Shown here in pieces: positions 9,237 through 19,020 of a DNA stretch of 51,211 bases. The position numbers were made by a program, and so were the translations under genes. The stretch is taken from NCBI GenBank assembly GCA_964552715.1, contig CAZKHZ010000001.1, positions 1-51,211 on the forward strand, read 5' to 3'. Position 1 is the stretch's first letter, and the number at the start of each line of letters is the position of its first letter. Under the pieces are notes generated by a model, which was not told the DNA's origin, searched no databases, and was given only the letters and a program-made list of their open reading frames with translations. Origin of the DNA: an uncultured Chitinophagaceae bacterium. GTDB taxonomy: Bacteria; Bacteroidota; Bacteroidia; Chitinophagales; LD1.

Positions 9237-12200
9237 ATGGCATCATTTCTACGTCAAACATTATTAGCAATTTTCCTTTGCTCATTAGCAACATTTTTAT
9301 CGTTAAAATCTTCAGCACAGTGTGGCTTGAGTTCACAACCCGAAGGTGGTGGTCCTTTAAATCCAACTTCTTCATGGAGTGCTAACCTGTCAGTTGGAAG
9401 CGGAACTTATGTTGATTTCAACGTAGTAGCTGGAAATTTTTACTCTTTCCGCTACACAAATATTAATCAGCAATATAGCAACGGTAACAATATTGACATG
9501 ACCCTGTCATCTACCTCAGGTATTTTGACATACAATGACAACCTAACTCCACTTTCAAATCCATGGACAGGCGGAGTTTGTCCTCCACTAAACAGCAGAC
9601 CATCTTCTACTGAGTGGCTGGCAACTTACACTGGTACTGTAAGGGTAAATACAAAAACATTTAACGGTTCTTGCTTAGATTGGGTTGCGGGTCAAAATTC
9701 AGCATTGCTGCAATACAAAACTTGTCCTGTACAGCCTGATCCAGGGGAAGGAGTAAATACTTGGAATGTAGATGCTTTTGCAACTACAGATATATCTTTA
9801 ACTGGAAGTGCAGCTAATGCTAGATATGGTTTTTACAGTGCTGCTGCGGTAAATTTTAATACAGCAGCGCAGTGGGGCAATACAACATCTCCTTCATCTG
9901 CACCGGGTTGGTCTGGTTGTACAGTTTCAAACGATAAATTTACAGTAAGAGCTAGAAGAAGAGGCTTTACGTGTTCTGCTTATGCGATTAATGTTGCAAA
10001 TGCAGATGACGCGATTCGTGTGTTTGTGAATGGCACACAAATTTACAATGCAACTAATCCTGTAACAAATGTGCCATTAGGAACCTACGTGTTGGGCGCA
10101 AATGATTTAGTTGAGATTCGTTTAGTTGGTCTTTGTGATCCAGATAATGCAAGTGTTACTTTTACACCTGTGGCAAGCCCTGCGCTTAGTGGTGGTACAA
10201 TAGGAGGTTTTGTAAACGGTGCTACATTATGTGTTGGTTCTAATCCTGGAACTTTTACTGATGTTACTGCTGCAAGTGGTGGCACCTTGGGTCAAAATAA
10301 TGGTGGCGCTCTTGCTTACAATTGGGAATTCTCTAATGATAATATTACTTACACGCCTACAGGTATTACTACGCCAACTTATAATCATGGTGCCTTAAAT
10401 ACAGTAGGCACTTTTTATGTTAGAAGAAGAGTTACAGATAAGTGTTCAAGTACTACCACTTCAAACACTATTTTGGTTAACGTAGTAGATTTGCCAAATG
10501 GAGGCTTATCTCCGGCAAATCAAACTGTTTGTTTTGGCAGCCAAGTAGTGCTTACGCTTAATTTTACAACGGGTCAATCTCCTTTTAATGTTCAAATATT
10601 CAATGGAGCTATCAATCAACCAAGAAACGGAAAAGTAAATGGTGACACTATAATGTTAGATGTGCCTGCCAGCCCAACTACGTTTGCATTATCACAAATT
10701 ATTGACGCTAATTCTTGTCCAAGAACATCGGGATTTTTAAGTGGTTCTATAGTTTCAATATCTCCAGCTATTAATATTGGAGGTGTTTCTTCAACAAACA
10801 TTTCATGTTTTGGTGGCAATAACGGTTCAATTGTAATTTCAGCATCTGGGGGAACTCCTCCATTCCAATATTCGGTTAACAATGGCACTAGCTATCAAGT
10901 TTCAAACACTTTTATTGGGTTAACTGCAGGCAACTATTTTGTAACAGTGAGAGATACTTTGGGTTGTGTTGCAGTTTATAGCGGCAATCCAGTTGTACTT
11001 AACCAGCCAACTCAAATTTCATTTACAACTATTAAACAAGATGCAAGTTGTGCTGGCGTGTTTGACGGAACAATTGGTGTTTCTGCAAGTGGTGGGGTAG
11101 GAGGTTACCAATATTCTTTAAACGGAGGACCTCTACAACCAGGAGCTAACTTTAGTGGTTTAGGAGCAAATACATACACTGTTCTAGTTCAAGACGCGAA
11201 TGGTTGCACCACAACTTCAACTGTTATTATCAATAACGCTTATGTCGTTTCATCTTCAATTAATAGCCAAACAGATGTTGCTTGTTTTGGTGGTAATGAT
11301 GGTGCGGTTACTTTGCAATTGTCTGGAGGTATCCCTCCTTATCAGTATTCAATTAATGGCGGTTTAACCTACCAGCCCTCATCAACTTTTACTGGATTAA
11401 ATGGAGGAAATTATTTGATAAAAATTATTGATGCAAAAGGTTGTCCTGTAATACAAAGTGTAGATATTCTTGAGCCAACCCAATTGATTACAGTAGTTGA
11501 TTCAATAACAAATGCTGGTTGTTTTGGCGGTGTTAACGCAGCAATTTATACCACAACTACTGGTGGTACACCCGGATATACTTACACTTGGAGCAACAGC
11601 GTTGCTACTGATGACAATATTGGTATTGTAGCAGGCAATTACCGCCTAACAGTTGTAGATACCAAAGGCTGCCGCGATTCAGTTGCTGCAAATGTTGGTC
11701 AGGCACCAGAATTATTTGTTGCTTTAGCGGCATCTACGGATGTTAAGTGTAATGCAGGATCTGATGGAACAGTTGATATTACTGTAAGTGGCGGAACACC
11801 TCCATACACATTCAATTGGTCAAATGGTCATCAGTTGGAGGACTTGGTGAATGTTGTTGCAGGTACATATTCTGTTACAGTGGAAGATGCAAATGGTTGC
11901 ATTAAAACATTAACTCAAGTAGTTAATGAACCTACACCACTTACGCTTGCTTTATTAGGTACTAACATCATTTGCAATGGAGCTAAAAATGGCACGGTTA
12001 CAAGCACAGTAGGTGGAGGTGTTGCTCCTTACAACTATTTCTGGAGCACAGGTGATACCGCATCTTCTATAACAGGAGTTGGTGGAGGACTTTACACGGT
12101 GATTGTAACCGATGCAAATGGTTGTTCAATAAGTGGTACAGTAACACTAACTGAACCTCCTGTTTATTCCTTGACTTTGAATGTAACTAATGTTCTTTGC

Positions 12201-14984
12201 TTTGGTGATTCAACTGGTTCTATTTCAACAACTGCGGGTGGAGGAACTCCTCCATACACTTACTTGTGGAATACAAGTTCAACGGATTCTGTTTTGACTG
12301 GCATTCCAGTTGGTTTCTACTCTGTTACTGTAACGGATGTAAATGGCTGTTCATCTTCGGCTTCAACTACAGTTACGCAACCTGCTGAATTGACAATTAA
12401 TTCGTCATTGTTTGATGTAACTTGCAGTGGCTACTCAAATGGTTTAATTGACTTAACAATTAGCGGTGGTGTATTACCATATACATACAATTGGACAGGT
12501 GGTTCAACATCTCAGGATTTGACAGATATTCCAGGTGGAATTTATGATGTAACTGTTTCTGATAATAATGGTTGCACAGCCACGGAGTCATTCTCTATTG
12601 CTGAACCTGCACCTATTTCATCTACCATTACTAAATCAGATGTTACTTGTAATGGTGCGGCAAATGGTACTGCAACTATAACTGTTGTTGGTGGTTCTGC
12701 TCCATATAATTACTTGTGGAGTAATTTTGGCGGTGCGGCTTCTGTTTCAGGATTAAGTGGAAATACTTACTTTGTAATTGTTACAGATGCTAAGGGCTGT
12801 CAACACAGAGATAGTGTATTTATTTTTGAGCCGGCTGCAATTACTATTACAGCAAATGTTGTACAAATTTCATGCTTCGGTTCTGATGATGGTGTTATTG
12901 ATGTAAGCGTAACAGGTGGAACTTCGGGCTATACATATAGCTGGAGCAATGGCGCGACTTCTCAAGATTTATCAGGTTTAGGTCAAGGTATTTACGTGTT
13001 GGGTGTTACTGACGCAAATGGTTGTACCGCAACTGCTTCATATACTATAGTTAACCCTTCACCAATCATTGCCAACTACTTTATAAGAACTCCAAGATGT
13101 GCTGGAGATACAGATGGACAAATTGATGTTATTCCATCTGGCGGTGTGTCACCATACACCTATTTATGGAGTAATAACACTACAAACGAAGACTTACAAA
13201 ATGCTTCATCAGGTACTTATTATTTAACTATTACGGATACACGTAATTGCCAAAAAGTAGATACTCTAATTATTGGTCAACCATTGCCATTATACACAAC
13301 TGGATTTATCAAGAATGTGAAGTGTGCTGGTTATGAAGATGGATTCTTGGATATCACAGCTTATGGTGGAACATTGCCTTACTACTTTGTTTGGAGCAAA
13401 GACTCGGTTGTAACTGAAGACTTGGGTAATCTTGCAGGTGGAAACTATGTTGTAACTGTTACAGACGGTAATGGTTGCACAGTTGATGCTACTTACTTTG
13501 TTTATGAACCAGATTCTTTGAAACTAACATTTGCTTCAACTAATGTTACTTGCCCAGGTATAGGAACAGGAAAGGTTTCAGCGGTAGTTACAGGTGGTGT
13601 TTATCCTTATATATATTTGTGGAATACATTTAATGGAGATTCAACATTGGCTAATATACCATCAGGAAGTTATATTTCTATAGTAACAGACTTCAATGGC
13701 TGTTCAACCCGAGATTCTATTTTCATTACCCAACCGTTGCCTTTCAATGTTGTTGATAGTATCACAAATGCTTCATGCAGCGGTAAGAGTGACGGTATTA
13801 TTGACTTGACAGTTGCTGGCGCAAATGGTAATTACACCTTTGTGTGGAGTACAAGCGCAACTACCGAGGATATTTCAGGGTTAGCTGCGGGTACTTATCG
13901 TGTTACAATTACCGATGCACTTGGATGTACTTATGTTGGTGTTTATGTAGTTGGTGAAGCAAAACAATTGTTTGCAGACATAGCAATTGTGAGTCCAACT
14001 TGTAACGGTTCTACAACAGGTATTATAACTGTAGATGCTACAGGTGGTGATGTTCCTTATACTTATATTTGGAACACTACTCCTGTTCAAAACAGTAATA
14101 CAGCTTCAGGGCTTGGTGCGGGAATTTACACGGTTACTATTACAGATAGCAAAGGATGTACTTTAGCAGAAACAAGAACAGTTACTACTCCAAATCCTTT
14201 GGTGGTTAATGTGAATGTTACAGGCTCTAAATGTTCAAATATTGGTTCAGGGATAGTGGTAGTAAATACAACTGGCGGTGCAGCACCATTTACATATCAA
14301 TTAAATGGCTCAACGCAATCAACCAATACATACACTGGCTTGTTGCCTGGCACTTATGTTGTGTTTGTTCGCGATGCGAATGGTTGCGAAGGCATTAATT
14401 CGTTTACAATTCCTGTTCCAACTACGCTTAGTGTTGATTTAGTTGCTGACAAAGAACTTATACTAAGTGGAATGGAGGCTCAGCTTACAGCCATTGTGGT
14501 ATCTGATACAACTATCACTCAGGTTTTTTGGAGCAGCATGTTAGGTACATTCAATTTCTCAGGATGTGCAGATTCAACCAACTGTCTTACTCCAACTGTA
14601 GCTCCAGAAGTTACTACAACTTTTGTTGTAACAGTAATGAATGCTGATTCATGTACTGCAACGGATACTATTAGAATTGAAGTTAAGACTCAACCTTCAG
14701 AATTCGTTCCAACAGCTTTTTCACCTAATGGTGATGGATTGAATGACTTCTTTGAGTTTGCCATCTTAGGTGTTACCACCGGAGAGGTTAGAATATTTGA
14801 TCGTTGGGGCAATTTGATTCATGAGAATCTTGCACAGAAAAATGGTCTTGGCTTTAAAGATGGATGGGATGGCACATTTAAGGGAAGTCAAGTGCAAATG
14901 GAAACCTACGTTTATTCTATGAAGTTGAAATACTTTAACGGTGTAGAAAAGCAAATGACAGGCACAATTGCTGTAACTCGATAA
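9237..14984 (+). CDS. giant SprB-repeat cell-surface protein with T9SS type B C-terminal sorting domain (gliding-motility-associated CTD)
   Basis: ATG at 9237 (the ORF track starts at an upstream TTG). It has a signal peptide and 16 repeats of about 75 aa with the pattern C-x-G-x3-G-x-I...GG-x-x-PY-x-Y-x-W...G-x-Y-x-V-x-V-x-D-x-x-GC. The C-terminus FVPTAFSPNGDGLNDFFEF...RIFDRWGNLI...WDGTFKG matches the type B (CHU_C) sorting domain. Confidence 0.92.
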   Translation: MASFLRQTLLAIFLCSLATFLSLKSSAQCGLSSQPEGGGPLNPTSSWSANLSVGSGTYVDFNVVAGNFYSFRYTNINQQYSNGNNIDMTLSSTSGILTYNDNLTPLSNPWTGGVCPPLNSRPSSTEWLATYTGTVRVNTKTFNGSCLDWVAGQNSALLQYKTCPVQPDPGEGVNTWNVDAFATTDISLTGSAANARYGFYSAAAVNFNTAAQWGNTTSPSSAPGWSGCTVSNDKFTVRARRRGFTCSAYAINVANADDAIRVFVNGTQIYNATNPVTNVPLGTYVLGANDLVEIRLVGLCDPDNASVTFTPVASPALSGGTIGGFVNGATLCVGSNPGTFTDVTAASGGTLGQNNGGALAYNWEFSNDNITYTPTGITTPTYNHGALNTVGTFYVRRRVTDKCSSTTTSNTILVNVVDLPNGGLSPANQTVCFGSQVVLTLNFTTGQSPFNVQIFNGAINQPRNGKVNGDTIMLDVPASPTTFALSQIIDANSCPRTSGFLSGSIVSISPAINIGGVSSTNISCFGGNNGSIVISASGGTPPFQYSVNNGTSYQVSNTFIGLTAGNYFVTVRDTLGCVAVYSGNPVVLNQPTQISFTTIKQDASCAGVFDGTIGVSASGGVGGYQYSLNGGPLQPGANFSGLGANTYTVLVQDANGCTTTSTVIINNAYVVSSSINSQTDVACFGGNDGAVTLQLSGGIPPYQYSINGGLTYQPSSTFTGLNGGNYLIKIIDAKGCPVIQSVDILEPTQLITVVDSITNAGCFGGVNAAIYTTTTGGTPGYTYTWSNSVATDDNIGIVAGNYRLTVVDTKGCRDSVAANVGQAPELFVALAASTDVKCNAGSDGTVDITVSGGTPPYTFNWSNGHQLEDLVNVVAGTYSVTVEDANGCIKTLTQVVNEPTPLTLALLGTNIICNGAKNGTVTSTVGGGVAPYNYFWSTGDTASSITGVGGGLYTVIVTDANGCSISGTVTLTEPPVYSLTLNVTNVLCFGDSTGSISTTAGGGTPPYTYLWNTSSTDSVLTGIPVGFYSVTVTDVNGCSSSASTTVTQPAELTINSSLFDVTCSGYSNGLIDLTISGGVLPYTYNWTGGSTSQDLTDIPGGIYDVTVSDNNGCTATESFSIAEPAPISSTITKSDVTCNGAANGTATITVVGGSAPYNYLWSNFGGAASVSGLSGNTYFVIVTDAKGCQHRDSVFIFEPAAITITANVVQISCFGSDDGVIDVSVTGGTSGYTYSWSNGATSQDLSGLGQGIYVLGVTDANGCTATASYTIVNPSPIIANYFIRTPRCAGDTDGQIDVIPSGGVSPYTYLWSNNTTNEDLQNASSGTYYLTITDTRNCQKVDTLIIGQPLPLYTTGFIKNVKCAGYEDGFLDITAYGGTLPYYFVWSKDSVVTEDLGNLAGGNYVVTVTDGNGCTVDATYFVYEPDSLKLTFASTNVTCPGIGTGKVSAVVTGGVYPYIYLWNTFNGDSTLANIPSGSYISIVTDFNGCSTRDSIFITQPLPFNVVDSITNASCSGKSDGIIDLTVAGANGNYTFVWSTSATTEDISGLAAGTYRVTITDALGCTYVGVYVVGEAKQLFADIAIVSPTCNGSTTGIITVDATGGDVPYTYIWNTTPVQNSNTASGLGAGIYTVTITDSKGCTLAETRTVTTPNPLVVNVNVTGSKCSNIGSGIVVVNTTGGAAPFTYQLNGSTQSTNTYTGLLPGTYVVFVRDANGCEGINSFTIPVPTTLSVDLVADKELILSGMEAQLTAIVVSDTTITQVFWSSMLGTFNFSGCADSTNCLTPTVAPEVTTTFVVTVMNADSCTATDTIRIEVKTQPSEFVPTAFSPNGDGLNDFFEFAILGVTTGEVRIFDRWGNLIHENLAQKNGLGFKDGWDGTFKGSQVQMETYVYSMKLKYFNGVEKQMTGTIAVTR
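10780..14420 (+). repeat. 16 tandem SprB-type repeat modules (about 225-240 nt each) inside the giant CDS
   Basis: Repeat seeds were read directly from the translation. They run from NISCFGGNNGSIVISASGGTPPFQYS, DASCAGVFDGTIGVSASGG and DVACFGGNDGAVTLQLSGGIPPYQYS through to GSKCSNIGSGIVVVNTTGGAAPFTYQ. Confidence 0.85.
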
Positions 14985-15008
14985 GCACATTACTAATCAC
15001 ATATTTTA

Positions 15009-15036
15009 AAGGCTGCTCTTTTGAGCAGCCTTTTTT
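15009..15036 (+). terminator. Rho-independent terminator after the giant CDS
   Basis: AAGGCTGCTC-TTTT-GAGCAGCCTT forms a perfect 10-bp stem followed by a T-run. The TTG start of track ORF 15021 lies inside this hairpin. Confidence 0.85.
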
Positions 15037-15089
15037 GTTTTATTATAGTTCAAAGTGAAATTTTACTCCCGAAATACTTTCTTTGTGCA

Positions 15090-17336
15090 ATGCAAAGAGT
15101 AATCAAATTATTTTCCTTCCTTTTCATTTTATCTTTTTCAGTAAACGCTGCTACAGGTGATACAATAAAGGTAAAGGCGCACGATAAAAAAGCAATGACG
15201 TGGTATGGTAACTATGACACAGTTGCTGTTTTTCCTGATTCTCCAAAAAAGTATAACAGGATTATTATGAACTACACTATGGGCTGCCCAAGCACAGGAT
15301 GCTCTCAGTGGGATTATACTACACAGATTTTTTTGATGAAAAAGACAGGCGCAATTGATTCTACATTAAAGCTGGTTCCAAATTTTACAGTGAATAATAA
15401 TGCTGTAGATACGTTTTGGTTTAGCAGTGCGCCAACCATCAAAACTGTTTTTAATGTAGCATCAAAAACTACTGATACCATTCCTGCTGATTCTTCGTTT
15501 GTGAGGCTGTTTTCTGATACAACCAAGCCCAATGTTCAAACAGATTCGTTTTATGCGTGGAAGGGGAACTTCTACAACTATCTATTCGATTCGACAGGGG
15601 CAAAGACCGATTCTTTTTTTGTGGCAGCTACAGATGTAAAGATTGCATATAAAACACGTGTGTATGAAAAGTATGAAGTGCTGGAGCCTTATGAATTAGC
15701 AAGGGTGATTACGCCTTATGGTGGCTACTACAGCAAAACATGGACGCACTCTTTTCGATTTGATGTAACTGACTTTGCGCCTTTGTTGCATGATACCGTT
15801 CTGCTTCGTGCGTTTTACAGTGGTTGGAGCAGCGGCTTTACAGTTACACTAGACTTTGACTTAGTGGAAGGCACACCTGCCCGTGATGTAAAAGCGGTGC
15901 GCAATATTTACAACGGGGAATTTAGTTATGGTAGTGCTTCCAATCCATTAGAAAATCAGTTGACACAAAAAAGTATTGCTTTAAGTGCTACAGAAACACA
16001 GGCAAAATTTCGTTACACTACAACAGGACATGGTTTTGGTGCAGACAACACAGATAATTGTGCAGAGTTCTGTAATAAAACGTATGATGTTTTTACTAAT
16101 AATGCGGTGGTGGCTACTGCAAACATTTGGCGCGATGATTGTGGCATGAATCCTTTGTGGCATCAAAGTGGAACATGGCTTTTAGACAGGGCAAACTGGT
16201 GCCCTGGCGATAAGGGCTTGACACATGAATTTGAACTCACTCCTTTTTTGAGTGGAAGCAATTTATTGTTTCAAGTGGTGCCTGAAGCTTATGAAGATTT
16301 GAACCCTGCGGGCTTTAATCCGCTTTATATTATTCAATCGCAGATTATTACTTATGGTGCAAATAACTTTGCGCTAGATGCTTCGATTGAAGATGTGATA
16401 GCACCCAACAAACATGATGCATATAAACGATTCAATCCTATATGTGCCAATCCTAAAATCATTATCCGAAACAATGGTGCGCAGGCACTCACTAATGCGC
16501 GCATCTATTACGGCATGGAGGGTAAGGAATTGTTCTTTTATGATTGGACGGGCAACCTTGCTTTTGATAAAACAGAAACTGTTTCGCTGCCATACCGTGT
16601 GATAAATGATTCTTCGCATTTGATATTTAAAGTGTGGATTGCAAAGACTAATGGTGCTATAGATGAATACCGATGGAATGACACGCTGCGCGTGACAACA
16701 AACTTGGTGCCCCGCTATGACAGTGTGTTCAATTTTGTTTTAAAAACGAATAATGACTTTGCTGAAAACACGTGGAAGCTACGTGATGATGATGCTAATG
16801 TTTTGTATGAAAATGGCGCGCTTGCAGCGAGTAAAGTTTATACAGAAACATTTGTTTTAGCCACAGGTTGCTACGAATTTGAATTGAATGATTCTGGTAA
16901 GGATGGCTTAAGTTTTTTCGCCAATCAATCTACATCGGGCACAGGCTATGCACGTTTTACCAAGTATCCGACTAATGCTACATTCAAAACCTTTGAGCCT
17001 GATTTTGGTACACAGATTTCGCAACGATTTATTGTAGGCAATCCAAGTGTATTTGTTCCTTCTGCAATTACAGAAACATCATTGCTGAAACACTTAAAAG
17101 TGTTTCCAAATCCGGCAAGTGATTTGTTTACGGCAGAACTAACCTTTGATAAACCAACTGCTGTTTCTATTTCATTGATGAATGTTTTTGGGCAGCAAAT
17201 TCAACAGGTGTTTGCGGGAACTGCTGCGCAGTTGATATTGCCTGTAGAGGTAGAAAACATTGCATCAGGCATGTATCTTTTGCAGGTAAAAGGAGACGGC
17301 TTTACGGAGGTAAAGCGCGTGTTGGTGAAGCATTAA
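15090..17336 (+). CDS. PNGase-F-related protein with T9SS type A C-terminal sorting domain
   Basis: The preferred start is ATG at 15090 (MQRVIKLFSFLFILSFSVNA signal peptide). The motifs NYTMGCPSTGCSQWDY and TTGHGFGADNTDNCAEFCNKTY resemble peptide-N-glycosidase F family domains (from memory). The C-terminus KVFPNPASDLF...GMYLLQVKGDGFTEVKRVLVKH is a Por_Secre_tail type A CTD. Confidence 0.6.
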   Translation: MQRVIKLFSFLFILSFSVNAATGDTIKVKAHDKKAMTWYGNYDTVAVFPDSPKKYNRIIMNYTMGCPSTGCSQWDYTTQIFLMKKTGAIDSTLKLVPNFTVNNNAVDTFWFSSAPTIKTVFNVASKTTDTIPADSSFVRLFSDTTKPNVQTDSFYAWKGNFYNYLFDSTGAKTDSFFVAATDVKIAYKTRVYEKYEVLEPYELARVITPYGGYYSKTWTHSFRFDVTDFAPLLHDTVLLRAFYSGWSSGFTVTLDFDLVEGTPARDVKAVRNIYNGEFSYGSASNPLENQLTQKSIALSATETQAKFRYTTTGHGFGADNTDNCAEFCNKTYDVFTNNAVVATANIWRDDCGMNPLWHQSGTWLLDRANWCPGDKGLTHEFELTPFLSGSNLLFQVVPEAYEDLNPAGFNPLYIIQSQIITYGANNFALDASIEDVIAPNKHDAYKRFNPICANPKIIIRNNGAQALTNARIYYGMEGKELFFYDWTGNLAFDKTETVSLPYRVINDSSHLIFKVWIAKTNGAIDEYRWNDTLRVTTNLVPRYDSVFNFVLKTNNDFAENTWKLRDDDANVLYENGALAASKVYTETFVLATGCYEFELNDSGKDGLSFFANQSTSGTGYARFTKYPTNATFKTFEPDFGTQISQRFIVGNPSVFVPSAITETSLLKHLKVFPNPASDLFTAELTFDKPTAVSISLMNVFGQQIQQVFAGTAAQLILPVEVENIASGMYLLQVKGDGFTEVKRVLVKH

Positions 17337-17343
17337 AACCTTG

Positions 17344-19020
17344 CTATTTTTTTGCTGCAAGCAGCTTATCAATGTTCTCTTTTTCCCGAGTATCGTGTAT
17401 CTCTTTGGTAAGTGCTTTTTTGTAGGCAGCAGCGGATAGTGTTGCATTACCTTTCATACCATAGTACTTTCCAATCCAATAATGTGTTTCCCAAAACTCG
17501 GGATTGCAGGCTTCAAATTGTTGAATAAAGACTGCTTCATTTTGTAAAGGTTCTTTGTCCTTTACTGCCTGCTTTATCTGCTTGCGTAATGTTTTGAATT
17601 GCTGAAATTTTTTCCAGTCATCGGAGCGTAAAAAAGAGTCTTGCGGAATTACTAAATCTGCTTCGGCAAGTGATTTGCTTGCGGTGCTGCCTGATGCTTG
17701 GGCAAATACTTTATTCAAATCATAACATACAAATGCACCCAACTGATAAGGGTTTGCAGACACCCACATCAATCTTTTTTCGGGTTGAAAAATTACTGCA
17801 TGATGGCTGATGAGTTGATTCATTGCTTTCTCATTGCCCATGCCGATGTTCTTTTCGCCTAATCCTTTTTGGCTGCGCAAAATATTTGCTGCTTGCGCAG
17901 GTGTCAACGTTAATGAATTGCCTATCAATTCATTCATCCTGTTATAGCGATACATGGACGATGAAGTGGCGATGTTTTCTATGTTATCCTTGTCGTTTTT
18001 GAAAGAATCACTTTGATAGTGATTGGCACAAATAATGAGATTGGAATCAGGCAACAGCAACACTGTTTTTGCAACACTCTTTTCTATCAATGCCGTTGTG
18101 CCATCGGCTGCTGAGCCAACCATTATTGTTTCACACACAAATGATTGATACTTTTTTGCGATAGCAAATGCTTCATCAATATTGCTTGCATACTGCAAAA
18201 TCTGCCTTGCAATAATTGCAATGGGTGTGGTTGCTTTTGTTGGCACATCCGACTTTGCTGCATTGATGGTAACCGTCAAACCTTTTTCGTTCATGCCCGA
18301 AACACATCCCATAAACCCGCCCCAGGTAACGATTGCAAAGCGATGTCCTGCATCTGGTTTGCAGAAGTAAACGATTTTATCTTCTGCAAATTTATCGCCC
18401 AAGCTAAAGTCTAAGTTGCGCCCAATAAGCAGGGAGGAATCTTGTGTGCGATTGCCCCAAGCACCGAATGATGTGCAACCAACCAAGGCTAAACTTTGCA
18501 GTGCATGACCAATGTCGTGCGCGGCATGATAATTCAACATGCGGTCGTAGGCTGGTGCTATGTAATTGAATTCATCGGGTGCCGAAAACGATTCACCATA
18601 GATTTCTAGCTTGTTTTCTTCAGGAAAATGTTCGTCCAATTCGCGGTTGAAAATGCGCGTTACAAATGCCAGAAAGGTGAGGTAGCTTTTGCTTGATACT
18701 AACTCGTCCACCTGCGCTACAAAATATTCTTCTTGCAAATACAGTAATTCTTTGTTCAGTTTACCGGTGATAACGCCCCGCTCAAATGCTTCGCCTTCCA
18801 CGTATTCTTCCCATATACCATAATCATTTTTGCGCAGCCAATTGTTGCCTATGCGGTAATGATTTGCAGCAAGCGTTTCGCGCTTCAATGCAAGCGATGC
18901 TTTGTTTGCTACTTCGGGTATTTGCGGTGCAAGCCCCCAGCGGATGTATGCAAAAAGTACAAACAACAACAGTGCAGCAAAGCCAACAACGTAAGCAAGA
19001 ATCTTAATCAGTTTGCGCAT
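17344..19020 (-). CDS. C45-family (acyl-CoA:6-APA acyltransferase-like) autoproteolytic hydrolase/acyltransferase, membrane-anchored
   Basis: The preferred start is ATG at 19020 (MRKLIKILAYVVGFAALLLFVLFAYI, a TM anchor). LVGCTSFGAWG fits the Ntn nucleophile-Cys context of peptidase family C45. There is a C-terminal TPR-like tail. The gene overlaps the upstream gene by 17 nt. Confidence 0.65.
   Translation of the reverse strand: MRKLIKILAYVVGFAALLLFVLFAYIRWGLAPQIPEVANKASLALKRETLAANHYRIGNNWLRKNDYGIWEEYVEGEAFERGVITGKLNKELLYLQEEYFVAQVDELVSSKSYLTFLAFVTRIFNRELDEHFPEENKLEIYGESFSAPDEFNYIAPAYDRMLNYHAAHDIGHALQSLALVGCTSFGAWGNRTQDSSLLIGRNLDFSLGDKFAEDKIVYFCKPDAGHRFAIVTWGGFMGCVSGMNEKGLTVTINAAKSDVPTKATTPIAIIARQILQYASNIDEAFAIAKKYQSFVCETIMVGSAADGTTALIEKSVAKTVLLLPDSNLIICANHYQSDSFKNDKDNIENIATSSSMYRYNRMNELIGNSLTLTPAQAANILRSQKGLGEKNIGMGNEKAMNQLISHHAVIFQPEKRLMWVSANPYQLGAFVCYDLNKVFAQASGSTASKSLAEADLVIPQDSFLRSDDWKKFQQFKTLRKQIKQAVKDKEPLQNEAVFIQQFEACNPEFWETHYWIGKYYGMKGNATLSAAAYKKALTKEIHDTREKENIDKLLAAKK

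Noticed and set aside
15021-15089. The upstream TTG start of the PNGase-F-like ORF, and likewise the TTG at 44049 for the FG-GAP gene and the TTG at 9231 and 46484.
   Set aside because: The 15021 start lies inside the terminator hairpin of the preceding gene. In every case an internal ATG immediately precedes a clean signal peptide.
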